From Fonticula alba ATCC 38817 (lineage: Eukaryota; Protista; Nucleariida), in NCBI GenBank assembly GCA_000388065.2, contig KB932207.1: DNA of 64,000 bases. One strand, written 5' to 3'. Shown piece after piece: positions 1 through 11,493 of the stretch. Position 1 is the stretch's first letter; every line of letters starts with the position of its first letter. Under the pieces are notes generated by a model. The model made no database searches, was not told the origin of the DNA, and worked only from the letters and a program-made list of their open reading frames with translations. Position numbers and translations under genes: made by a program.

Positions 1-32
<32 letters not shown>

Positions 33-131
33 TCTTTGTGCCTCTGTCTCTTTCTTTCCTTCTCTTTCTTTCCTTCTCTTTCTTTGCTTCCTCTTCTTGG
101 TCCTCCTTCTCCCCCCCCCACCACTCGGCAG

Positions 132-3100
132 CACGTTCTTTTCCCCTTCTCACTCTCGAGCTCCGGGCACCTGCCCCAACGGCCTCCCTGGCCCGGCTTG
201 CTCGCTCCTTTCCCGCTCCCTCCCGGGGGTCCCTTGCCTGGTCAAAGTATCCACACCACCTCGCGCGACCGGCCCCTGGACGAGCCGCTGCAAGTGCTGC
301 CAACGTCGGTGCTCAGCTTTGGTCCCTGTCTCGAGGGCACGCCGGCCATTCGGCGGCTGAACATCCGCAACCCCAGCGCCTATCCGATTGAAGTGCGCCT
401 GCTGTCCGACGCCCCGGAGCAGGTGTGGTTTTCGCTTGTGCCGACGGCCGCCTCGCTTGTCGGGCCGCCGGCCGCCGGGACCGAGGCCGGCCCGGGGGCC
501 GATGACCCGGACATGGCCATCCGGTCGGGGCAGGTGTGCTCCTGGTCGGAGCCGCCCCTGCCGCGGGTGTCTGTGCCGGACTTGCGCCCGGGCGGCCCGC
601 GCCCGGGGAGTGGATCATCCCTGGTGGCCGCGGTGGAGGCCATGCTGTCAGCCGGGAAGGCGGGCATCCTGGCGGCCGATGGGCTGCCGCATGCCGCCAA
701 GTCCGGCCCCGGGGGCGCCTTCTTCCCCGGATCGCTGGATCTCCTGTCGGCGGCCGGGCGCCCGTCGGCCGTGCTGCTGCCGGCATATGGGTCCACCGGG
801 CCGGAGGACCTGACCCCGGTGGTGGTCGGTGCTGGGCCTGATGCCGGGCCCGATGCCGCGGGGGACTGGCTGGGCCGGCTGTCCTTCTCCGTGCGCTCGG
901 CCCTGATGCTGGAGCCCTTCCTTCTGTCGGCCGAGCTGACACGCCTGCACCGGAACCGCGTGGACACCCTGCGCCTGGCCCCGCACAGCACGGCCGACAT
1001 TCACTTGGTGTTCATTTCTTCCTCGGCGTCCGGCGAGCCCGGGCCGGCCGGGGCCCAGCCGGGGGCCCCCCTCGCCGAGGCCGGCCCGGATGCCGGGCCC
1101 AGTGGCATTGGCCCGGGTGGTGGCAGCTCCGTCCGGCCCCGGTCCTGTTCCTTCCTCGTGTCCTTGCACTATCGGGTCCTGGGGCAGGACACGACCGAGG
1201 GCCCGCTGCCGGGGCCCGATCCCCTGCCCTTGGAGGGGGCTTCGCCGGCCGGGCCCGAGCCTGGCGGCTCGCTTGGCCCGGCCTCCGGGTGGTCTCACAC
1301 CGGTCGAGTCATTGTGGCCTGTTCGAGCCGCGTCATCCGCCCGGAGGTTCGGCTCTTGGGTCTGCCCCTGACGGCGGATCCGACCCCGCTGGCCCCGGCC
1401 CCCGGGGGCACGCCGCGACAGCTGCCCCTGCTGGACTTCGGCGTGGCGAATGTCGGCTGCTCCAGTCGCCGGACCATTCTCCTGCACAATCCCACGGCCC
1501 TGCCCGTGCGCTTGCAACTCCGGTACGTGTGCCGGCCTTCCGATCCCCTCCCACCCCGGGCTTTCTCCTCTGCCTCCGCTGCCTGGGGGGCTTGTCTTGC
1601 CGCCTCGGATCACTGACCCGCCGCTCCCGCCCCCCCCCCCCCCCCCTCCTCCGTGGCGCCCCTTCTCGCGGGGCTTTGCCTGCCATGCTGGGCGTCTCCC
1701 CGCCCCCGCCTCCTCTTCGCCCGGGCTGCGGTGTTCGCTTTCGATGCCCGCCCCTCGATGGGGCCTGGCCGCGCGCGCACGCGCACGCGCACGCGCACGC
1801 GCACCCGAGCAGCCTGTCATCCAAGGTGCTGACCGCCACCGAGCGTCCGTTCCTGGTCCCGGCGCACTCGTCGGTGGCCGTGCCAATCACCCTGCTCCCG
1901 CGCAAGGTCAATCCCGAGTACTGGAAGGTGGTGACCATCATGAACCTGCTGAATCGCGGCAATGACCAATGCTTCCTCGTGCGTGCCGACAATCGGGACC
2001 AGCCGCACTTGCTGATGCATAACCGGCTGTATGGCCTCGGGCCGGAGCCCATGCGCACGACCATCGACTTCGGCAACCTCATTGCCAATTCGGCGGCCGT
2101 CAAATCCTTCCGCATTGAGAATGCCTCCTCGGTCCGGCCCCTGACCCTGCGCCTGGCGTCCGGTGACCCTGGCCAGCTGGGCGTCTATGTGCGTGTGCTA
2201 CCGGGCTCCGGGGTCCTATTGGGCCCGGAGGACCCGGTCGAGGCGCTTGCCGAGGCCCCGGCCCTGGCTCCTCCCTCTCCCAAGGAGGAGCAGGAGCAGG
2301 AGCACGAGGCGCCTGGCATGCCCGATGGCGCTGGTGGGTCCCTGGTGGCCGGGTCCCCTTTGCCCGGTGAGCCGAATAGCGCTTTCCTGCTTCTCAATGG
2401 GTCGCCGGCTTTCGAGGCTCCGGCTGGGTTCTTCCCGCCCGGCGGCCCGGCTGACGAGGGCCGTCTGCGTGAGGTTTCCTCTCCGACCAGGTGCGTATCC
2501 ATTTGCGTCTGTTTGTGTCTGTCTTTTTCCTTCTCTCTTCCTCTCTCCTTCGCTCCCTCTCCTTCGCTGTCTGTTATGGACACGGCCGTGAGGCTGTTCC
2601 GCATTCTCGACAGGCCATTTTCCCTCACACTCTCTCCCCTCCCTCTGTGGGCTTCTGCTCTCCCCTGGATTACCCTTCTGTTGACATGCCCTTTCCCCCC
2701 CCCCTCCCCCCCTCGTGCTGTCACGATCTCCCAGCATCAAATGCCCGCTGCTGCGGCTTCAGGCAGCTGGTCTTGCCTTCCTGGATGTGGACTCCCTGCA
2801 AGGGGGCCACATGTCCTGCAGTGCCCTGCGGGGCTGCCGCTTCAACCCGGGCCCCGGGCCGGTCGACAGCCCCGTCGCCCAGGTGCCCACCGCCACCGAG
2901 CCGAGCAGCCCCCTGGACCCGGTGGAACGCAATGCCGAGGATCTCGGCCCGGTCCGACGCTCGATGCGCATCCAGCCGGGGCAGTTCCGCCTGCTCAATG
3001 CACTGGGCTTGGACATTCCCCGGTCCCTGGGCGGGGGGCTGCTACTGCTGGAGCCCCGTGCCCGTGGGGCCGACGCGCAGGCGCGCATGGATTCCAGCAC

Positions 3101-6082
3101 CGAGTCCGACCCCTATGATATCTCAATTGTTGGACTCCCTCCGGCGAGGGTGGCCCCGGAGGTCGGGCCCCCTGGCCCCGGGGCCTGGCCCGATCGACCG
3201 GCATCAACCCCCGGGACCGGCACTCTTGGGATCCCCTCACCGCCGGCCTCGCCTGTGGGTCCTCTGCACTCGCCGGTGGAGCCGGGCGCCGCCGCGGGGA
3301 TGGCATCCTCCGGGTCGATGGCCCACACAGCTGGCTTCACGGGCAGGGAAAGCGCCCCGGCACCGGGTCCACCAGTGGATGCGTCTCTCCCGTCGGCGTT
3401 GGCCGAGGGGCCGGCGGACCGCCCGGCCGAGCTGCCGCCACCCGGTGTGGCCTCGATCGAACATCCGGCGGGCGTGGGCCATGGTGCCGACTCGGCCCAG
3501 AGGTGTGTCCTCGGGTGTTGCGTTTTTCCCTTCCATTGTCCCGCCTCCCCCCCCGCCCCCCCCCTGTTACTCACGCCCCCATGTCCTCCGGTCAGCCTGG
3601 AGGAGGTGCTCTTCGAGTATGAGCATCGCCGACTGCCGCTCTTCTCGCAGCCGGAGAAGGAGCGCGGCTACATCCAGCAGCACTTGTCCCTGCATCAGGC
3701 CATCCGCGCCGCCCTCCTTGACCGGAGTCTGGTGTCGGTGGTCCACCGGGATGTGGTCATCCCGGCGGCCGGTGCCGTGCAAGTGGTCCTCGTGCTGAAT
3801 GTCCAGTCGCAGTCGTTGCGGCTGTCGCCCTTCGCCACGTCGCTCGGGATTCGCGTGCGCTCCTTCGACACAAGCCTGCTGGCGGAGGCCGGCCCCGTGG
3901 CTGGTGCCGGGGTCGATGGCACGCGGGCCCTGGTGCCGGACCGGCACATTGACATCGTGGCCAAGGTACACGCGGATGGCCGGGCCTTCTGGACCTGTCC
4001 TGGGCTGCCTTTTCCCCCGCCCGGCCTTGCCCGGCCCTTTTGATCCCCTTTATGCCCTACGCGCTGGCCGCCTCTGACCCCCCCCCCCCCTGCCTCCCCT
4101 CCTCTTGCTGGGCTGCGTCGGGCAATCGTCCCCCATCAAAGGCATGCGCTTCGCGCCTGCATGTCGTGCACCAGCGCTTTAACTTCGGTTTCGTGCACAA
4201 GAAGTCCCGGCATGAGCGTGTGCTCCAAGTGCGCAACCTCTCATCGGTGCCGCTCTTCTACCGGCTGCGCAAGTCCGGGTCCGTGGCCTCCGGGGACATC
4301 CAGCTCCCGGATGGGCTCATCGGCCTGGTCCGGCCGTACAGCACGCGCGAAGTCCCGGTGGTCTTTGCGCCCTCCCTGTCCGGGCACTTCTTCGAGCAGC
4401 TGGCCGTGGAGAACCTCATGGACCCGGGCGATGCGCAGGCCGTCATCATCAAGGCCCTGGTCCCGCGAGCAACCTCCTTCTTTGTGTCTTCGCTGGACTT
4501 GAAGTTCCCTCCCTGCCTCATCGGGACCACCTGCTCCGGAGTGCCGCGAGTGTATATCACCAACACCTCGCTCCAGCCACGGTGCGTGTCCCCCTTTCTC
4601 CCCCTTTGGCCGCCTGCTCTGTCGCTCCCCCCTGCCCCCCTTTGGGGGGAGCCCTTTGGCTGTCATTTGCGACTTCCCCCCCCGCCCCCCCCCGTCTCTC
4701 TCTCTGTCTCCTTTTCCCTCCGCCTCGCTTGCCTTCTCGAATATGTTCCCTGACGATGCTGCCGCGCTTTCGTCACTTCGTTGTCTCGCTCTCTCTCTCT
4801 CTCTCTCCCTCCCTCTCCCTCCCTCTCCCTCCCTCTCTCTCTCTCTCTCTCTCTCGCCTATCTCTCCTCCTGCCCCCCCTTGACCCGATCATCCTCCTTC
4901 AGAATCCTTGAAATGGGCCTCAACCCGTGTCTCGGCATCGGCGAGGGCACGCGCCTGAGCGCGGTCTTCCACCTGGACCCGGAATCGGCACGCCCCTACC
5001 GCAAGGAGTCCGCCGAAAAGCTCGAAAGTATGGAGCAGAAGTTGAAGATCGCCCGGCGCAAGGGCAACACCGACAAAGTCCAGCAGCTGTTGGAGAAGAT
5101 CGCCCACCTGCGCGAGGCGGATGACCGCCCGAAGGAGGTTCCCCCACTGCGGGATCTGGGCGTCGGCCGGCCGGGGCTGGCCGGGGCTGCTCCGGGGCTG
5201 GGCATGGGGTCGACGGCCCCGGTGGCCCCGGCGCCCCCGGCCTCCGGGACCTTTGTCCTCCGGCAGCCGGAAAATGGGCTCCTCTTCCAGATCGAGCCAC
5301 AGACCACGGCCATTGTGAGTGTCTACCTGTCGGCGATCCCGGTCCGGGCGGATGCCCCGACCCCGGGGCTTGGTGGCAGTGCCACCGGGCCCGGGCCGGC
5401 GGGGAGTGGCCATAGAGATCCGGCATCGCGCGAGCCGGCCGTCGGGTCGCTGTTTGTGCAGGAGCATCGCAACGCCGACACCATCAAGTTGGTGACCTTC
5501 CGGTCGATCATCTGCCATGACATTGCCTCGTACATCATTTCCCTGGCGCAGCATGGCCAAGAGGCGGGCATCCTGCCGGACACGTCGGAGCTGCATGCCC
5601 TGGCCTCGGCCGACGCATTGGACCTGTCGGTGCCGGGCGGTCCGACGGTCGGCGGCGCGGTGGCCGGTGGCTTGGCCGCCCCTGCGGACACGGCTGTGGC
5701 ATTGCCCGCGGCGGTGGCCGGCTCCGCCGTGACCCCCTCGGTCCCGGTGGTGTCTAGCCCCGGCGCCCCGGCTCTTTCGACCATTGTGGACACCATCCGC
5801 GGGGCTTGCCTCAATGCGGTAACCCTCTTCCGTACGTCAGGCCTCGTCCTCTCCCTCCCCTGCCCTCGCTGGTCATCTTTCGCACAGCTGGGCCGGCATG
5901 TGGCTTGCCTCTGTTCCGGTGGCTTTTTTCCGACTTTCTCACTTGTCTCTGTCTCCCTCCCCCCCTCTCTCTTTTATTGCCCTCTCACACACGCACACAC
6001 GTACACACGCACACGCACACACATGTACATGCGCACGCACACGCACACACACGCACACACACCCATCCACCCATCCACCCAT

Positions 6083-6144
<62 letters not shown>

Positions 6145-9100
6145 CGGATTTGCCGGTGTCTCTGTGGTTGCCTTCGGCTCATGCGCGGGATCAGGCACTC
6201 TGAGTGCGGTCAGCTCGCCGGAATCCTCGCCCACACAGCTGCTCCAGGTGCTGGGCCTGGCCTTGCTGCAGGACGGCCCGTCGGCGGCCATCCCGCTGAC
6301 CCCCTCGAAGCCCCCGCGGCCGGTGGACTTCACCAATGTGGCCGACCACCGGGGAAGCCCTTCTCCCGGCGGCTCGTCCAGCAGCGTGGTCTCCTTCGCC
6401 CGGCGCCTGTCGCTGGTGGAGCCCATCTGCCCGCTGACCCTGCCAGCGGTGCCGGTTGTCCGGGGCCAGGCATTGCTGGAAGTGGGGTCCGTGGCCCTGG
6501 GACAGCGTCTCCAGCGGCAGCTTCCCTTCATCCTGCCGTGGCTCTGCCGCGAGCACAGCCCCATCCTGGCGGCCGGCCAGCCGTCAGGCAGCGAGGAGGA
6601 CCCGGACTCCGACGCCTCGTGCCCGAGCGAGGTGGAGCTCCACCCGGCCGGAGGGGCCGACGAGCCCGGCATCGGCCCCGGACCCGGGCAGCCCGGGCCC
6701 GGGGCCCCGCCGCTCACCTGCCAGGGGATCCCCCCGGTGCTGACCTTCGAGCTGGTGTCCATCGAGGTGGACCGCTCGCCCGGCGGGTCCTCGGCCCTGG
6801 GGCTGGACGCGCGCGGGCGCCTCCCCCCGGGGGACCTGCCCCAGGCGGATGCCGCGGCTTCCGGCAGCCCGATCGAGGCCCCCCCGGCGGAGCGCCCCAT
6901 GTGGGAGGAGCTGTCGGAGGCCGACTCGCCGCTGGTATTCTCGGCTCGGCGTTTCACCCTCAGTTCCACCTCGCAGCTGATGGTTCCGGTGGTGATCGAG
7001 CCCACTCGTCGGGGGCTGCCCTCTCTCGGGGCTGGGGGGTCCGGTGCGGCCGGCATGGCCACCGAGCCCGGGGGTGATGTCGGTGGCGATGCCGGGGACC
7101 GGCTGCTGGCTGGCGCCCAGCCCCGGCCCGGCTCGGCGACGGCCGCCCTCGGGGGCCCGCCCCTCACGCCGGGGGGCTCCCTGCCCGGGGGTGGCCCTCG
7201 CTTTGGGCGCCTCTGCCTGCGTGTGACCATGCGCTGTGTGGAGCTGGGCCAATCCCTGCGGACGCTGGTTCGGCTGGACCTCAAGCCTCCCACCTTGCTG
7301 GGCTTTTCCCTGGATGGCCCCTCATCGCCGGTGCCCGGGGAGGGTGGCCCCCTCGGTCGGCCGACCCTGGCGGCCCCCTTCTCCCTGGGCCCGGCCGGGC
7401 CGGCGTCACAGTACTTCCTGGACTTTGGGGTGTGCTATTCCAAGCGAGCTGGCGATGGCCCGGGCCAGGGGTCCCTGCCGGGGAGTCCGGCCGGCCTGGC
7501 TGCCGGGAGCCCTGGCTCTGCCGGGACTGCCGGCCCGGGAGGCATGCTGGTTGTTCCCCTGACTGTCAGCGGGGCCTACCTGGATTCCGGTGTCCTCTTG
7601 ATGGCCAGCTCGAATCTCACCAAGCAGGTGCTCATCTTCTCGGACCGGGACCTGACGCAAGATGCCCGTCGGGTGTCGCTGGAGCCTGGCGCCACGGTGC
7701 GCTCCCCTGCCTCCTCGGGCTTCCCCCTTGCTGCTTCGTGCATTTCGCGCCCCGCCTTCCCTGCTTGACTTCTTGCATCTGACGCGCCTCTGCCGTGGTG
7801 GTCCCGCTGCATCCTCCTGGGCCCCGTGTCCTGCTCATTTTCCTTCTTCTTCTTCTTCTTCTTCTTCTTCTTCTTCTTTCCGACGACAGGTGACGCTGTA
7901 TGTGTGCTTGCGCCCGCGTCAGGGGCAGCAGCCTCGCGAACTGGTCGGCGGGCTGAACTTCCTGGTTTTTGCAGACGACCTCCAATACGCGTATGGCCCT
8001 CTTCCCCTTTGCTCCCCCCTTCTGTGCCTCCCTCTCCCCCCTCGTTTCCCTCTTCCTGCCTCCTGCTGCCTGGTCTTGTCGTATGTCGCCGCCGCTGGAC
8101 TGCCTATCGCTGACCATGACATCGTATGCCCGATTTGTTTTCTCCCCTCTCCCCGCCTCCCTCTGTGTGTCTCTCTGTTTGTCTGTCTGTCTGTCCGTCT
8201 TTCTGTCTATCTGTCTGTCTGTCCGTCCGTCCGTCTGTCCGTCTGTCTGTCTGTTTGTCCGTCTGTCTGTCCGTCTGTCTGTCCGTCTGTCTGTCCGTCT
8301 GTCTGTCCGTCTGTCTGTCCGTCTGTCCTCGCTCCTTGTCTCGGCTCTCCCTGTTCGCTTTTCCGCTTGTCGGCTTTCACCGCTTATCCGCTTGTCCGAC
8401 TGCCCGCATCCAACCCCCGTCCAGTGCCGGTCGGCCGATGCGCTCGGAAACCGTTCGCTTCCGTGTGATCTTCGGCTCGGTGACCCTCAGTGTCTCGCCC
8501 TCCTCCGTGGACCTGGGCACGGTGCAGGCGCCCAGCCCATCGACCGAGCCAGGCGCCGCCAATGGTCCCGAGCACTGGGTGTCCGGCAGCTTCTCCGTGG
8601 CCAATGCCACGGCTCGCCTGTTGCCGGCGGTCTTCCGGCTGCGGTCCGCCTCGCCCGACATTCTGCGTCTGGAGGATGGCGCCGGCGACCGGGAGTTCAT
8701 CCTCCCCCCGGGGGCGGGAAACTCCGGCGGGGAATCCGCCCCCGGGCTCGTGGTGCGCTTCGCCATGAACCTCCGCGAGCCTGGCCTCCACCGGGCACAT
8801 GTGGTCATCGAGTCTCTGCAAACTGGCGGCTTGATTGGCTTCGAGCCGGTGGTGGTCCCGGTGTCGGCCTTTGTGGCCGGTGGCGATCTCCGGATGGGGC
8901 TCCTCCGCAGCCCGGGCGAAGTCCCGCCCGCGGAGGCAGCTCGGTGCCGGTGGCCCATTGTCCAGCTGGGCAGGTGTGTCGCGCTGCTGTCTCCCCTTTC
9001 CACGATCCCCTTGCCCTGTTGCTTGTCTCTCCTCTTTTGGCGCCTCCATTTCTTCGTCCTGCACGCCCCTCTCCCCCCCCCCCCGTCCACCTGTCTGCCC

Positions 9101-11447
9101 TGGTGCTCGACATCTTGCGGTGCTTGCTGACCCCACCCCCGCCCCTTGGCCAAATGATTCCCCCGGCCCCTGCAGCGACCCGGTGGTCTTGACGCCCATT
9201 CAGGCGGCACGCATCGAGTTGACATCCTACATCTTCCACTCGGCCGGCCTTGGCCGAGCCTTCCTGTCGCCGGTGCATCGCTTCGACTTGGGGGCTGGTG
9301 GGCCAGGTCCAGCCGACCGGCTGGTCAATTGGCTGGCCGCCGGCCAGGCCGTCATGCAGCCGCTGGAGGACATGCCGCTGGCCCCGCAGGCACAGTACAC
9401 CACCATGCGCCTGGGTGTTCTCTTCCAAGACCGCCGCCGCGTGGCCTTGGGCCCGGGCCCGGGCCCGGTTCTGGCCTCGCCCAAGACCAATGTCCTGCTG
9501 GCGGCACGGCCCCTGGCACTGGCCACGCCGAATGTGTCCCGGCCCACGGTCACCGAGGCCCATCTGCAGGAGCTTCGCCAGCCTACCCTGGTATATGGCG
9601 ACCGGCTGCCAGCCCTGCCATGCGGGTCGGAGTTTGACCTGCTGGCCGGGGCCCCGGTGGCCGACGGCCTGCTGCCTGCGGATGCCGGGCCTGGGCCGCA
9701 CTACCTCAGCGGCTTGGTGGTGGAGCCGGCCCTGTCAGCCGCCCTGGCCGCTGGGCCTGTGGCCGAGGTGCGCTTCTCCCTTGCTCTGAGCCAGCCGCAG
9801 ACGCCTGCGGATGCTGCCATTCCCCGGCTCCTCCTTTGTGGCCACCACGCACACTCACACGCACACGCACACGCACACGCACACGCACACGCACACGCCG
9901 CCATCCGAACAGACACTCTCCTCCGAGGGTCACATCCTGATTGATATCCTCGAGCCGGAGGAAGAGGCCCCAGGCGTGGAATCATCGCCAGGCATGGGCC
10001 CCGGGCGACCGTATGCTCGCCGCTCGGCCGTGGCCATCCCCATCCGAACCACCTTCGTGTGCGTCCACTCGGCCAACATCCTTCCCTGCTCGCCGATCTC
10101 GGCCACTTTCGGTTGCTCGCCCGCCCGCGCGCCCGCCCGCCCGCCCGTAAACCCTAACACCCCTGGTATTCAGTCTCTCACGGGCCGAGCTCCTGGCCCC
10201 GGTGGGTGGCCAGTTGAACCTCGGGGCGGTCGGCCACAGCACGGACTTCGGCCCGGTGCCCTTTGCCTTTGTGGTGCAAAACCAATCGCCCATCACCTTT
10301 GAAGGGCTGTTGCAATTTGACTCGGCCCTCTTTTCGGTGGCCCTCGGCAGCGGTCCGGCCACCGCGCCGGCTCTCCAGGCCGCCGAGTCCGTCGGGCAGG
10401 CCGTGGCCGATCCGCGCCCGGCCGGCCGAACAGCCGCCCTGGCTGTGGCCATCCCCCCGATGGGGGTGGCACACTTTGCCGGGGCCCTGCAAACGGCTTA
10501 CCTGCTGAAGGTGCGTCCTTGTGCCCGCCTTCCCCCCCCCCCCCTGCCTGGTTTTCTTCTTGCCTCCCCGCGCACCGCCTCGGCCACTAACATGCCTGGT
10601 GTGGGACTGGGGGAAAAAAAAACCCCCAACAAACAAACAAAAAACAACCGACCCCACCCGAAAGAGCGCCCAAGCCGGCGCCCCGCCACTCGAGTGTGCG
10701 CAAATCGCCCTGAGCAACCGCCACAATCCGGACAATTTGCTGTCCGTGGCGGTGCACTTCCGTCTGGATGCCTTCGAGTTGGACATTCGCCGGACCTCGC
10801 CCCTGGACCAGCTGCCCGGCGGGTGGCCCTGCTTGCCGACGGCGTACCTGCAGGATCCGGCCTTTGTCGGGTGTCGACCGGACGGCACCCACCCGCTGCC
10901 CGAGGGGCCGGTCTCGGCGGGCACGGTGGACCTGCTGCCCGGGCTGCCGGCCGGCATGACCGGCACCCCGGCGGCCCTGCTGCTTGAGGGGGCGCTGTCC
11001 GTGCCGCCGCTCTTCGATGGCCCAGCCGCCACCTCTGACACGCCGGTGATGGCCGGCATGGCCAATGCCGCGACGGCTGCCCCGGCAGGCGGCAGCGATC
11101 TGCCGGGCCCCTCGGCCACGACCGCCACGACCTGGTTCTCGGTGGCAAACACCTCTCGACGAGCTGTTCGCGCTCGTGTGCATGCCGACATCCTTCCCGC
11201 CCTGGCCGAGTGCTTCCAGGTGTCGATTCACTCGCGCTTATTTTCCTCCCGGCTGGAGCACCTGTCTTTGGACCCTGGCGACGAGGTGCAGGTGCGTGCA
11301 TCTTCTTCCTGCCTGCTTGCCCCTTTGACCTTCGCTTTTCGTGAGCTTACTGATCATGCATATGGCCACAACATGGCCGCCTTCTATTCTTCCTCCTTGC
11401 GGGGAAAACGCGCACTCGCACGCGCTCGCACATTACGCGCTCGCACA

Positions 11448-11493
<46 letters not shown>

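Noticed and set aside
8107-8120. TCGTATGCC, a partial match to the Illumina P7 reverse complement
   Set aside because: Only 9 nt and not associated with any duplication; expected by chance.
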